Shown: one piece after another, positions 41,170 to 51,453 of the stretch
How the letters are laid out: each line of letters starts with the position of its first letter
Position numbering within the stretch: position 1 is the first letter of the stretch
NCBI GenBank assembly: GCA_000252525.1
Contig: JH611156.1
Location: 23,863 to 87,862, forward strand
From: SAR86 cluster bacterium SAR86A
GTDB taxonomy: Bacteria; Pseudomonadota; Gammaproteobacteria; Magnimaribacterales; D2472
Direction of reading: 5' to 3'
DNA: 64,000 bases
The notes under the pieces: generated by a model
Told to the model about the DNA's origin: nothing
The model's input: only the letters and a program-made list of their open reading frames with translations
Database searches by the model: none
Program-made: the position numbers and the translations under genes

Positions 41170-41717
41170 AGAATATTATCGCTGGAGTTGATGAAGTTGG
41201 TAGAGGAGCTATTGCAGGACCAGTTATTGCAGCGGCTGTAATTTTAAAAAAAGACATTGAAGGCTTAAAGGATTCAAAAAAAATTTCTGAAAAAAAAAGA
41301 ATTGAACTCTCAAATAAGATTAAAAAATATTCATATTTTGCTATAGGTTCAGCATCTCACAATGAAATAGATAAATTTAATATTCTTAATGCTTCTTTAT
41401 TGGCGATGAAAAGAGCTATACTTAACTTGCCAATAAAGCCAACAAAAATTCTTGTCGATGGTATTCATAAACCTGATTTAGACATAGAAATGGAGGTTAT
41501 TATTGGAGGCGATTCGCTGATTAAACAAATAAGTGCAGCATCAATAATCGCAAAAGTATATAGAGATAACTTAATGTACAAATTTGATAAAAAATTCTCA
41601 GTCTATGGTTTTAAAAATAACAAAGGTTATGGAACTAAACAGCATTATAGTGCGCTCGAGATTAATGGACATTCGACTATTCATAGAAGAACATTTAAAG
41701 GGGTCTTGAAAAGATGA
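41166..41717 (+). CDS. rnhB: Ribonuclease HII
   Basis: 183 aa with a TTG start overlapping the lpxB stop. The motifs AGVDEVGRGAIAGPV and DSK are present. Confidence 0.93.
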   Translation: MKNIIAGVDEVGRGAIAGPVIAAAVILKKDIEGLKDSKKISEKKRIELSNKIKKYSYFAIGSASHNEIDKFNILNASLLAMKRAILNLPIKPTKILVDGIHKPDLDIEMEVIIGGDSLIKQISAASIIAKVYRDNLMYKFDKKFSVYGFKNNKGYGTKQHYSALEINGHSTIHRRTFKGVLKR

Positions 41718-44700
41718 GTGCATTCTCTCATTTAAGAGTTTCTTCTGAATACAGTATTTCACAGGGCCTGTTAACCATTAATCAAATTGTTGATAATGCA
41801 TCAAAAAAATCTATACCTTCTGTTGCCTTGACTGATAAATCTAACATGTTTGGCTTGGTAAAATTTTTTGATAAATGTGAACTAGCTGGAATTAAGCCAA
41901 TATCAGGATGTTCTTTGAATGTGATATTCGACGGTGACGAGGATTCTCATGAACTTTTATGCCTTGCCAAAACTAATAATGGCCATAAAAATTTAATGAA
42001 AATTATCTCAAGTGCTCACAATAATTATTCATATTCATCTCCAATTATTCAATTCAAAGATTTAACAGAATTAAACAATGATATTGTTGTAATTTCTGGA
42101 GGAAAAAACAGCCACATTTTTGAATATCTGAGAAGAAATAATATATCTGATGCTGAAAATAAAATCGATCAATTTACGAAATATTTTAAAGATGATTTTG
42201 TACTAGAAATTCAAAAAACAAATAGAGAAGATGAGTTAGAGTTTATTAAAAATATACTCCCTTTATCCATAAAAAAAGGAATTCCTATAGTAGCTACTAA
42301 TGATGTCTTATTTTCAACTCAAAATGATTATGAAATTCATGAGACAAAGGTTTGTATCAATACAGGCAGAACGTTAAATGATCCAAACAGAGAAAAATCA
42401 TTCTCTGATCAGCAATATTTTAAATCTTCAGAAGAAATGATAAATCTTTTTAAAGAAAGTTCTTCATTCATTGATAATACTAATGAGATATCTAAAAAAT
42501 GTAATGTCTCTCTTAAAACAAAGGGATATTTCTTGCCAGAGTATCCTGTACCTAAAGAACATGATTTTGACTCTTACATTACTGATTTATCCCACAAAAG
42601 ATTAAATGAGTTAGTTAAAGATTTTGATAAAAATAAAAAAGAAGAATATGTATCAAGATTAGATTATGAGTTAAATCAAATAAAGAAAATGGGCTTTTCG
42701 AGTTATTTTTTAATCGTTTATGATTTTATTCAATGGTCAAAGAACAATGATGTACCTGTAGGACCTGGAAGAGGTTCGGGTGCCGGCTCGTTAGTTGCAT
42801 ATTCTCTTGGTATTACAACCTTGGATCCAATTGATCATGGTCTATTATTTGAGAGATTTCTCAATCCTGAAAGACTATCAATGCCCGACTTTGACGTTGA
42901 CTTCTGTATGGAAAAAAGAGATCTTGTTATTGAGTACGTTAGTAAAAAGTATGGAGCAGATGCAGTTTCGCAAATAGCAACATTTGGTACCATGGCTGCA
43001 AGGGCAGTCGTGAGAGACGTTGCTAGAGCAATGGGTAAGCCCTACGCACTTGGAGACCGTATATCAAAGATGATACCTTTTGCACCTGGTATGACCTTAG
43101 AAAAAGCTGAATCTGAGCAACCTATATTTGCTCAAAGTATAAAAAATGATGCTGAGGTAAGAGAAATTGTGAATCTTTCATATAAACTTGAGGGAATTGC
43201 TAGAAATGTTGGAAAGCATGCTGGAGGAGTTGTGATAGCTCCTGGAAGCATATCTGATTTTTGCCCTGTTTATGTAGATCGCCAGTCAGACTCTGTAATG
43301 ACTCAATATGATAAGGATGATGTAGAGAAGATTGGATTAGTGAAATTTGATTTTTTAGGATTGAGAACATTAACAGTCATTGATAGAGCAGTAAAATCAA
43401 TTAACAAAGAAAAAAAAGGAAAAGAATTGTTTGATATCAATTCGATACCTTTAAATGATGAAAAAGTTTTTAAATTATTAGCATCTGGAAAGACTATGGC
43501 TGTTTTTCAACTTGAGTCATCAGGAATGAGAGACCTAATAAAAAGGCTTAAACCGACAAAATTTGAGGAAATTACTGCATTATTAGCACTTTATAGACCC
43601 GGCCCATTAAATTCAGGCATGCATGATGAATTTGTTGACCGAAAACACGGTGTTAGTCCTGTAACTTATCCTCATGAGCTTTTAGAAGAAGTGCTTGAAG
43701 AGACTTATGGCGTCATTGTGTATCAAGAACAGGTCATGGAAGCAGCAAGAGTGTTAGCTGGTTTCTCTCTTGGTCAAGCAGATATTCTAAGAAGGGCCAT
43801 GGGAAAGAAAAAGAAAGAAGAAATGGAGGAACAAAGAGAAATTTTTGTAAAAGGATGCGTTAAAAATAATATTAAGGAAAAAAATGCTGAACAAATTTTT
43901 GATCTTATTAATCAATTTGCAGAATATGGATTTAATAAATCTCACTCGGCAGCTTATGCGCTGATATCTTACCAAACAGCATACCTAAAAACCTATTATC
44001 CTGAGCATTTCATGGCTTCTGTTCTGTCATCTGAGCTTGGTAATACAGATAAAATTTATGCTTTAACACAAGAATGCTCCCGAATGGGTATTAAGGTTTT
44101 AAAACCGAATATCCTCTATAGTAGAAGAGGTTTTGTTGTTAATAAAAATAATGAGATTGAATACGGACTTGGAGCTATAAAGGGCGTAGCGGACATGTTT
44201 ATTAAGCACATATGTGAAACAAGAAATAAATTTAAGTTTAGAGACTTATGGGATTTTTCAAAAAAAGTTGACATTAAATTAGGTGGTAAAAAGTCACTAG
44301 AGGCACTATCTCAATCAGGAGCATTTGATAGTTTAAGTCCTTCAAGAAGTATTGCCATAGCATGTGTGGAAGACATGCTGAAAGATGCCTCTATACAAAA
44401 TGGACAATCAAACTTAAAAAGTGGTGACCTCTTTGCTAATTTTGATGAAAGTTTTGATCCATATGACAAATATAAAAACATTCAAGAATTAACTTTAAGT
44501 GAAAAACTTGAATTTGAAAAAAAATCTCTGGGTTACTATCTTTCTGGTCATCCTGTGATAGCCATTGATAACAAAATTAAAAAAATAAGAACAAACAGAA
44601 TTTCTGATTTAAATACTGATATAAAAAAATCGTCATTAGTTTGTCTAGTAAACAGTGTTAGACAAATCAAAGATCGAAAAGGTATGCCTCTTACATTCAT

Positions 44701-45151
44701 AAACTTTGATGATGGGAGTGGAGTTATGGATGGAATAATTTCAAGTGAAGTTTTAGAAAATTGTCATAATCTTCTTAAAGAAGGATCAATTTTGTCATTA
44801 AAAGGTTCAGTTGAGGTTGATGACTATAGATCAAATGATCTTGGTGCCTTAATGTTCAGAATGAGAGTAAAAGAAGTAAAAAGTATCGACGAAGAATTAT
44901 CTAAGAAAACAAAAGAAATTTTAATTGATACTATGAAGTCAGATTCGATAACCTTAGATGATTTTTCTGAAAAATTAGAACTTATTGAAAATATTTTTTG
45001 GAAAGAAGGTACATGTGGCATAAATCTTAAAGTTCAAACAAATGAATCAGAGGCTATAATAGAGCTTGGAGATGAGTATAAATTTAAGCCAACTCTTGAA
45101 AATTTGTTCTATTTGGAAGAAATCTTTGGAAAGGATGTAATTCAGATATAA
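41714..45151 (+). CDS. dnaE: DNA polymerase III subunit alpha
   Basis: 1145 aa with a PHP domain N-terminus (FSHLRVSSEYS), the polymerase core (GPGRGSGAGSLVAY, PDFDVDF) and an OB domain. Confidence 0.97.
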   Translation: MSAFSHLRVSSEYSISQGLLTINQIVDNASKKSIPSVALTDKSNMFGLVKFFDKCELAGIKPISGCSLNVIFDGDEDSHELLCLAKTNNGHKNLMKIISSAHNNYSYSSPIIQFKDLTELNNDIVVISGGKNSHIFEYLRRNNISDAENKIDQFTKYFKDDFVLEIQKTNREDELEFIKNILPLSIKKGIPIVATNDVLFSTQNDYEIHETKVCINTGRTLNDPNREKSFSDQQYFKSSEEMINLFKESSSFIDNTNEISKKCNVSLKTKGYFLPEYPVPKEHDFDSYITDLSHKRLNELVKDFDKNKKEEYVSRLDYELNQIKKMGFSSYFLIVYDFIQWSKNNDVPVGPGRGSGAGSLVAYSLGITTLDPIDHGLLFERFLNPERLSMPDFDVDFCMEKRDLVIEYVSKKYGADAVSQIATFGTMAARAVVRDVARAMGKPYALGDRISKMIPFAPGMTLEKAESEQPIFAQSIKNDAEVREIVNLSYKLEGIARNVGKHAGGVVIAPGSISDFCPVYVDRQSDSVMTQYDKDDVEKIGLVKFDFLGLRTLTVIDRAVKSINKEKKGKELFDINSIPLNDEKVFKLLASGKTMAVFQLESSGMRDLIKRLKPTKFEEITALLALYRPGPLNSGMHDEFVDRKHGVSPVTYPHELLEEVLEETYGVIVYQEQVMEAARVLAGFSLGQADILRRAMGKKKKEEMEEQREIFVKGCVKNNIKEKNAEQIFDLINQFAEYGFNKSHSAAYALISYQTAYLKTYYPEHFMASVLSSELGNTDKIYALTQECSRMGIKVLKPNILYSRRGFVVNKNNEIEYGLGAIKGVADMFIKHICETRNKFKFRDLWDFSKKVDIKLGGKKSLEALSQSGAFDSLSPSRSIAIACVEDMLKDASIQNGQSNLKSGDLFANFDESFDPYDKYKNIQELTLSEKLEFEKKSLGYYLSGHPVIAIDNKIKKIRTNRISDLNTDIKKSSLVCLVNSVRQIKDRKGMPLTFINFDDGSGVMDGIISSEVLENCHNLLKEGSILSLKGSVEVDDYRSNDLGALMFRMRVKEVKSIDEELSKKTKEILIDTMKSDSITLDDFSEKLELIENIFWKEGTCGINLKVQTNESEAIIELGDEYKFKPTLENLFYLEEIFGKDVIQI

Positions 45152-45173
45152 CAATTACCAAATATAACAATTT

Positions 45174-46121
45174 ATGGATGACGAAAAGTTTTTAAATTTT
45201 GAAGAGCCTATCAAAGAATTAGCTCAAAAGCTTAGTGCTTTAAGAACTGCTGCTGTCGATTCGCCTGCATTAAATGATGAAATTCTAAACTTAGAAAAAG
45301 AAAACAAAGCACTCACAAAAAAGATTTATTCTAAACTCGACACATGGCAAATTGTTCAAGTTGCAAGACATCCTAATAGACCTCACACATCAGATTTTAT
45401 AGCTAGAATCTTTGATGATTTTGATGAACTGCATGGTGACAGGCAATTTGGAGACGACGCTTCTATTATTGGAGGTATAGGTATGTTAGAAAACATGCCA
45501 GTTATGGCAATTGGGCATGAAAAAGGTAGAGATACAGATGAAAAAGTTAAAAGAAATTTTGGCATGACTAACCCTGAAGGATACAGAAAAGCTAAGAGAT
45601 TAATGCTTTTGGCTGAACAATTTTCGTTGCCAGTTATAACATTTGTAGATACTGCTGGAGCCTATCCGGGAGTAGAGGGTGAAGAAAGATGTCAAAGTGA
45701 GGCAATTGCTAGAAATTTAGCCACTATGTCAGAGCTTAAGACTCCGATTATAGTTGTTGTCACTGGAGAAGGAGGATCTGGTGGCGCTCTTGCAATCAGT
45801 GTTGGAGATCATCTTTCTATGCTTGAGTATGCTATTTATTCAGTAGCTTCGCCTGAAGCATGTGCTTCAATTATTTGGCGATCATCTGAAAAAGCTCCAG
45901 ATGCAGCTGAAGCCATGAAAGTTTCATCCAACGAACTTAAAAAAATAAAGATTGTTGATGAAATTATTCAAGAGCCACTTGGAGGAGCACATAGAGACTA
46001 CGACTTAATATCTGAAAACATAAAAGGTTCATTAATAAGAAATTTGTCAATTTTGAATCAGATGTCCATTGAAGACTTATTGGAAAGAAGATACGAAAGA
46101 ATTTTAAGTGTTGGCACATAA
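45174..46121 (+). CDS. accA: Acetyl-CoA carboxylase carboxyltransferase subunit alpha
   Basis: 315 aa containing ARHPNRPHT, FVDTAGAYPG and GEGGSGGALA. Confidence 0.96.
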   Translation: MDDEKFLNFEEPIKELAQKLSALRTAAVDSPALNDEILNLEKENKALTKKIYSKLDTWQIVQVARHPNRPHTSDFIARIFDDFDELHGDRQFGDDASIIGGIGMLENMPVMAIGHEKGRDTDEKVKRNFGMTNPEGYRKAKRLMLLAEQFSLPVITFVDTAGAYPGVEGEERCQSEAIARNLATMSELKTPIIVVVTGEGGSGGALAISVGDHLSMLEYAIYSVASPEACASIIWRSSEKAPDAAEAMKVSSNELKKIKIVDEIIQEPLGGAHRDYDLISENIKGSLIRNLSILNQMSIEDLLERRYERILSVGT

Positions 46122-47082
46122 ATTGTTATCTATAGAAGAACTTAAAAGTACTCTTGATTTTGGTAAAAAAATTTTTATTGGCTATAGTGGCGGGCCTGAT
46201 TCCTCAGCTTTACTTTACTTTCTTAGTAAGATTTGCTCAGAATATAATTTAGATTTAAGTGCCATTCATATTAATCATAATATTTCAAAAAATAGCAATG
46301 ATTGGGAAGTGCATTGTAAAGAAACATGCAAAGATCTAAATATTAATTTTATTAATGAATCAACAAATATAATTCCTTCTGGAGGCGGCACTGAAGCATC
46401 AGCAAGAAATGAGAGATATAGAATTTTTGAAAAATATTTAGATCATAATGATCAACTTCTCACCGCTCATCATTCAGATGATGTCACTGAAACAATTTTT
46501 TTAAGATTGTTAAGAGGAACTGGTATTGATGGCTTGCAAGGACCACATAAAAAAAGAAACCTTGGGAAAGGATATGTGATTAGACCATTTTTGAATATCT
46601 CTAAGAAAGACATAATGCAATATTTGGAATTAAATAAAATAAAATATATTCAAGACAGTTCAAATATCGATAATTCATTTGATAGAAATTTTTTAAGAAA
46701 TGAAATATTTCCTGTTTTAAATGAAAGATGGAATGATTTTTCTAAACGTGTTTTTAAAACCTCTCAACTGATTGAAGAAAGAAATACTAATTTTTCGAAT
46801 CTGTTAAAAAACAATTATAAAGATTTAGTAAAGAATAAAATAAACAAAGATGAATTAATGAAACTTGATACCGAGATTATTAAAGAGGTATTACGCCATG
46901 CAATTAAGGAAGAGGGTATATCTATGCCTAGCTCAAAGGTATTAGAAGAAGTAATTAAAACTTTTATACATTCAAATCCAACCTCAAAATCAATTGTAAG
47001 TTGGTCAAGAGCTGACAAAGAACAGCTAGCAGGTAAAATAACATTTGAAGATGGCAAAATTTTGATATCGACAAAAGAGTAA
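46108..47082 (+). CDS. tilS: tRNA(Ile)-lysidine synthase (short form)
   Basis: 324 aa with the PP-loop GYSGGPDSSALL and HHSDDVTET. The start is uncertain: GTG 46108 overlaps accA, and an in-frame TTG at 46123 is an alternative. Confidence 0.88.
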   Translation: MLAHKLLSIEELKSTLDFGKKIFIGYSGGPDSSALLYFLSKICSEYNLDLSAIHINHNISKNSNDWEVHCKETCKDLNINFINESTNIIPSGGGTEASARNERYRIFEKYLDHNDQLLTAHHSDDVTETIFLRLLRGTGIDGLQGPHKKRNLGKGYVIRPFLNISKKDIMQYLELNKIKYIQDSSNIDNSFDRNFLRNEIFPVLNERWNDFSKRVFKTSQLIEERNTNFSNLLKNNYKDLVKNKINKDELMKLDTEIIKEVLRHAIKEEGISMPSSKVLEEVIKTFIHSNPTSKSIVSWSRADKEQLAGKITFEDGKILISTKE

Positions 47083-47093
47083 AGGAGAGAAAA

Positions 47094-47867
47094 ATGAATT
47101 TAGAAACTATACAAGTTTTAAATCAAGGAAAAGTTTCAACAATAATGCTTAATAGACCAGATATGTTAAATGCTGTTAATGAGCAATTGGTATGGGATTT
47201 ACAGAAAGCAACTGAGAACGTAATGAATGATGATTCTGTCAAAGTAGTTATTCTAACTGGTGCGGGCAGAGGCTTTTCTGCAGGTGCTGATTTAAGTGAA
47301 AGGAAAGCTAGTTGGTCTGGATCAAAAGATGCTTTAATCAGAGGGTATAAGCCTTCATTTGAAAATATCATAAATATGCCGAAGCCTGTTATAGCATCAG
47401 TTCCAGGACCTGCTGCAGGTATTGGAGCAGCCTTGGCAATGTCATGTGATTTAAGAGTAATGTCTGAGGATTCATATCTTTTATCAGTATTTAGCAATAT
47501 CGCGTTGGTGCCTGACGGAGGTTTATCATGGTTTCTGCCTAAGTTTATGGGATATGCAAAAGCCTATGAACATGCAATTGAAGCAAAAAAAATATTAGCA
47601 TCAGACTGTTTAAAATATGGCATCGCTAATAAAGTTGTCCCTTCTGATCAGTTAGAACAGATAACATTAGATTGGGCAAACCAATTGGCAAAAAGATCAT
47701 CACAATCGTTAAATCATACTAAAAGATTGATGCGTGAGTCTTTGGCCATGAGCTATTGGGATACTTTCAGTAATGAAGCTGAAATTCAGAATGAACTCAC
47801 TGTGAGTGATCAAAATAGAGAAGCTGTGAAAGCATTTCTTGAAAAAAGAGAACCTAATTTCGATTAA
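47094..47867 (+). CDS. Enoyl-CoA hydratase/isomerase (crotonase) family protein
   Basis: 257 aa containing LNRPDMLNAV and GAGRGFSAGADL. Confidence 0.88.
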   Translation: MNLETIQVLNQGKVSTIMLNRPDMLNAVNEQLVWDLQKATENVMNDDSVKVVILTGAGRGFSAGADLSERKASWSGSKDALIRGYKPSFENIINMPKPVIASVPGPAAGIGAALAMSCDLRVMSEDSYLLSVFSNIALVPDGGLSWFLPKFMGYAKAYEHAIEAKKILASDCLKYGIANKVVPSDQLEQITLDWANQLAKRSSQSLNHTKRLMRESLAMSYWDTFSNEAEIQNELTVSDQNREAVKAFLEKREPNFD

Positions 47868-49522
47868 GTATTCAAAAGCTTACTAAGACCTACAATTATT
47901 GCATCAAATGACGCTCTCGTTGTATTTGGATGAATACCAACGCCCCAAAATGTTTTTCCGTCTTGTTCTAACTCAATATAAGCAGCTGCTTTTGCATCTG
48001 AACCTGAAGATATTGCAGATTGATGATAATCAGCTACCTTTATATTTATTCCGATCTTCTTAGATAAACCATTTATAAAAGAATCTATGGGACCATTTCC
48101 AGATCCTGAAATTTCTTCTTTTGAACTTCCCATCTTCATGATCAAAGATAAAGAATGAATATCATCTTTCGTTGAAGATTCATGTTTAATATATGAGTAA
48201 TTATTTTTAGCTTTAAGATAATTGTTTTCAAATATATCCCATATTTGAGTACTAGATATTTCTTTACCAGTATCATCAGCAAGTTTTTGTATCTTTTGAC
48301 TTAAACTAATTTGTAATCTTCTTGGCAATGAGACTCCGTGATCTTTTTCCAAAAGAAAAGCTACGCCACCTTTGCCCGATTGAGAATTAATTCTTACGAC
48401 TGCTTCATAATTTCTGCCCAAGTCTGCTGGGTCTATAGGTAAATATGGAACCTGCCATTTAGGATCATTAGAGCTTTTCATAGCATTAAAACCTTTCTTG
48501 ATAGCATCTTGGTGAGAACCAGAAAATGCAGTAAAAACTAAGTCTCCTGCATAGGGATGTCTTGGATGAACTGGAAGTTGATTACAATATTCAACCTCTC
48601 TCATAACTGAATTAATGTTAGAGAAGTCTAATTTTGGATCTATGCCTTGAGTAAGCATATTTAATGCAATAGTAACAACGTCAACATTTCCAGTTCTCTC
48701 ACCATTCCCAAAAAGTGTACCTTCAATCCTATCTGCACCGGCCATAAGTCCAAATTCAGATGCTGCTACTGCAGTTCCTCTATCATTATGAGGATGAAGA
48801 CTTAAACAAATATTTTTTCTATTTTTAAGATTTTCATTCATCCATTCAATTTGATCGCCATATATATTTGGAGTAGACATTTCGACAGTTGCTGGAAGAT
48901 TTATAATAATTTTATTTTTAGATGCTGTTTTTAATATATCGACAACTTCATCACAAACATCTCTTGCATAATCTAATTCAGTTCCTGTAAAGCTTTCAGG
49001 TGAGTACTCAAATGTCCATTCAGTATCAGGATTTTCCTCAGCTAAATCTTTAATTAATATTGCCGCATCAAGTGCAATTTTTTTTATACCTTCTTTATCT
49101 TGGTCAAACACTACTCTTCTCTGTAAAGTTGAGGTTGAATTATAGAAATGAACAATAGCTTGTTTTGACCCACGGAGAGATTCAAAAGTTTTTCTAATTA
49201 ATTCTTCTCTAGCTTGAGTTAAAACCTGTATTTTTACATCACTAGGAATTTTTTTGTTCTCGATTAGATCTCTAACAAAATCAAAGTCAGTTTGTGACGC
49301 TGACGGAAAACCAACTTCAATTTCCTTAAAACCTAGTTTACAAAGTAAAGCAAACATTCTATTTTTTCGCTCTGATCCCATCGGCTCGATCAATGCCTGA
49401 TTGCCATCACGCAAGTCTACAGAGCACCAAATAGGTGCTTCTTTTAATACTTTTTCAGGCCATTTCCTATTTTGAAGACTAATTGGCTGAAAAGCAGAAT
49501 ATTTGTCTGTTGGATTATCCAT
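47864..49522 (-). CDS. leuA: 2-isopropylmalate synthase (long, LeuA type 2)
   Basis: 552 aa containing WCSVDLRDGNQ and HPHNDRGTAVA, plus a C-terminal regulatory domain. Confidence 0.93.
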   Translation of the reverse strand: MDNPTDKYSAFQPISLQNRKWPEKVLKEAPIWCSVDLRDGNQALIEPMGSERKNRMFALLCKLGFKEIEVGFPSASQTDFDFVRDLIENKKIPSDVKIQVLTQAREELIRKTFESLRGSKQAIVHFYNSTSTLQRRVVFDQDKEGIKKIALDAAILIKDLAEENPDTEWTFEYSPESFTGTELDYARDVCDEVVDILKTASKNKIIINLPATVEMSTPNIYGDQIEWMNENLKNRKNICLSLHPHNDRGTAVAASEFGLMAGADRIEGTLFGNGERTGNVDVVTIALNMLTQGIDPKLDFSNINSVMREVEYCNQLPVHPRHPYAGDLVFTAFSGSHQDAIKKGFNAMKSSNDPKWQVPYLPIDPADLGRNYEAVVRINSQSGKGGVAFLLEKDHGVSLPRRLQISLSQKIQKLADDTGKEISSTQIWDIFENNYLKAKNNYSYIKHESSTKDDIHSLSLIMKMGSSKEEISGSGNGPIDSFINGLSKKIGINIKVADYHQSAISSGSDAKAAAYIELEQDGKTFWGVGIHPNTTRASFDAIIVGLSKLLNT

Positions 49523-49552
49523 TCTTCTTTAACTAAATGTTATTATATTTTT

Positions 49553-49993
49553 ATGCTCACACCAGAAATAAAAACTAACCTTATATTAAAAGAGATTGGA
49601 ATTCAAAGATATTCATTAAGGTCGCAAGGAAAAATTATTTCTCAAAAAACTTATCACTATTTCTTAAAAGGTAAAATATTAGCAATATTTGATAAGCCTT
49701 TTGAAAACTTTGTTAGAGAGCAGCAAGATCTTATAAAAGCAGTATTAACATCAACAAAACTTGATCAAGGAGAAGAAATTTTTGAAAATGCTTTTTTTGA
49801 TTCTCAAGAGTCATTACAACAAAAGATTTCAAGTTTTAATGATATTAAATTAGCAATAGTTTTTGGAAAAATTTCTTATAATCTTTCTTTTGATTGCGAG
49901 GTAATTTATTCACCATCTGTAAATCAACTTATGCTTCAAAAAAATTTAAAAGCAAATCTTTGGAAAGATATAAAGAAAAAATTAGATTTATAA
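49553..49993 (+). CDS. holD: DNA polymerase III subunit psi
   Basis: I trimmed the track ORF to ATG 49553 (146 aa). LKEIGIQRYSLRS aligns with E. coli LQQLGITQWSLRR. SPSVNQLMLQKNLKANLWKDI aligns with SPALTDLRANPTARAALWQQI. It lies directly upstream of rimI, as in E. coli. Confidence 0.7.
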   Translation: MLTPEIKTNLILKEIGIQRYSLRSQGKIISQKTYHYFLKGKILAIFDKPFENFVREQQDLIKAVLTSTKLDQGEEIFENAFFDSQESLQQKISSFNDIKLAIVFGKISYNLSFDCEVIYSPSVNQLMLQKNLKANLWKDIKKKLDL

Positions 49994-49995
49994 AA

Positions 49996-50433
49996 ATGTA
50001 TGAAATTTCACTTATGAGTCAATCAGACTTAAAAGAAGCATATGAAATCGAAAAAACAACAAATCCAACGCCTTGGTCAAAAGAAAACTTTTTCTCTTCA
50101 TTCGAAGTTGGTCACAAATCATTAGCTTGTAAATACAATAAAAGAATTGTTGGATTTATAATATTTTCGCATATTAAAAAGGAAAGCCATTTACTTAGCA
50201 TTGCTGTTGAAAAAGATCATCAGAGATCTGGTGCTGGTAGTATTTTGTTGAAGACAATGATAAATCAATCAAAAGTACTTGGAGCAAAAAAAATTTATTT
50301 AGAGGTCAGATCTAAAAACAAAGTAGCGATTAATTTCTACAGTAAATTTAAATTTATTAAAGATGCAATCAGGACAAATTACTATTCTGGTGACAGTCCT
50401 GACGATGCCGTTCTCATGAGTTTAGATATTTAA
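49996..50433 (+). CDS. rimI: Ribosomal-protein-alanine N-acetyltransferase
   Basis: I trimmed the track ORF to ATG 49996 (MYEISLMSQSDL). A GNAT fold (IAVEKDHQRSGAGSILL) is present and the gene is linked to holD. Confidence 0.85.
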   Translation: MYEISLMSQSDLKEAYEIEKTTNPTPWSKENFFSSFEVGHKSLACKYNKRIVGFIIFSHIKKESHLLSIAVEKDHQRSGAGSILLKTMINQSKVLGAKKIYLEVRSKNKVAINFYSKFKFIKDAIRTNYYSGDSPDDAVLMSLDI

Positions 50434-50434
50434 A

Positions 50435-50914
50435 CTAAAGCAATTCCATTATGCTTAATTCAATTTCGTTTGCTTCAGTTTGAGGGCTAAAGCGTTTAAC
50501 GATATCTCCATTTTTAGAAATTAAAAATTTAGTAAAGTTCCATTTAATTTGTGATGTTCCAGCCACACCTGGCATTTTATTTTTTAAAAATTTATAAAGC
50601 GGATCAGATTTTGAACCATTAACATGTATTTTGTTAAAAATTTCAAATGTAATAGCATACTTTGTATCACAAAAATTTCTAATTTCTTCATTAGTACCGG
50701 GTTCCTGAAGTGCAAATTGATTGCATGGGAATGCAAGCACTTCAAAACCTGATTTTTTGTATTTTTTATAAAGGTTTTCTATACCTTCATATTGATAAGT
50801 TAAACCACAATAACTTGCAACATTTACAATTAGTAGCACCTTATCTTTAAATTTTGTTAAAGAAACTTCATTTAGTTTTGAGTCTTTAACAGAAAAATCA
50901 TAAATTGTTTTCAT
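50435..50914 (-). CDS. Glutathione peroxidase (Cys-type)
   Basis: 159 aa containing VNVASYCGLT, FPCNQF and WNFTKFL. Confidence 0.93.
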   Translation of the reverse strand: MKTIYDFSVKDSKLNEVSLTKFKDKVLLIVNVASYCGLTYQYEGIENLYKKYKKSGFEVLAFPCNQFALQEPGTNEEIRNFCDTKYAITFEIFNKIHVNGSKSDPLYKFLKNKMPGVAGTSQIKWNFTKFLISKNGDIVKRFSPQTEANEIELSIMELL

Positions 50915-50994
50915 ATATTTTTACTATGTATGAGAAAATGTGAAACATTATAGTATGCATTTAAACAAAACAAGAACATTAAAAATTTTCTTTT

Positions 50995-51453
50995 ATGAGT
51001 ACAAATATTAATTACATTTGGAAGGATTATATGGATTTATCTATTGATGAGCTTTATGCAATTATTAATTTAAGACAAGAAGTTTTTGTATATGAACAGA
51101 ATTGCCCATATATTGACGCTGATTATTCTGACCAAGATGCATTCCATTTACTTGGTTATAAAGAAAATGATTTAGTAGCATATCTGAGAGCATTTAAACC
51201 TAAGATTAAATATGAAGGTTCATCAATTGGAAGAATAGTTGTAAAAAAAGATTATAGAAATTTGAATTTAGGAAAAGATATAACAAACCTTGGAAAGAGC
51301 TTCTTATTTGAAAAATTTCCAAATCATGAAATTGTTATTTCTGCACAATACAGGCTGGAAAAATTTTATGAAAACCTCGGATTTACCTCAAGAGGTGATG
51401 TCTATCTCGAAGATGACATTGATCATATACAAATGTTTATTTTACCTAACTAA
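50995..51453 (+). CDS. GNAT family N-acetyltransferase (ElaA-like)
   Basis: 152 aa. LYAIINLRQEVFVYEQNCPYIDADYSDQDAFHL resembles ElaA-type acetyltransferases. Confidence 0.85.
   Translation: MSTNINYIWKDYMDLSIDELYAIINLRQEVFVYEQNCPYIDADYSDQDAFHLLGYKENDLVAYLRAFKPKIKYEGSSIGRIVVKKDYRNLNLGKDITNLGKSFLFEKFPNHEIVISAQYRLEKFYENLGFTSRGDVYLEDDIDHIQMFILPN

Noticed and set aside
49472-49552. N-terminal extensions of track ORFs that overlap neighbouring genes: 49472 (holD), 49894 (rimI), 56213 (lptG), 5362 (rpoA), 14811 (rplU), 22246 (ratA) and 28890 (tsf).
   Set aside because: Alignment of the N-termini with well-known orthologues, together with the position of the preceding stop codons, favours the downstream starts. 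The extensions would create long same-strand or divergent overlaps.
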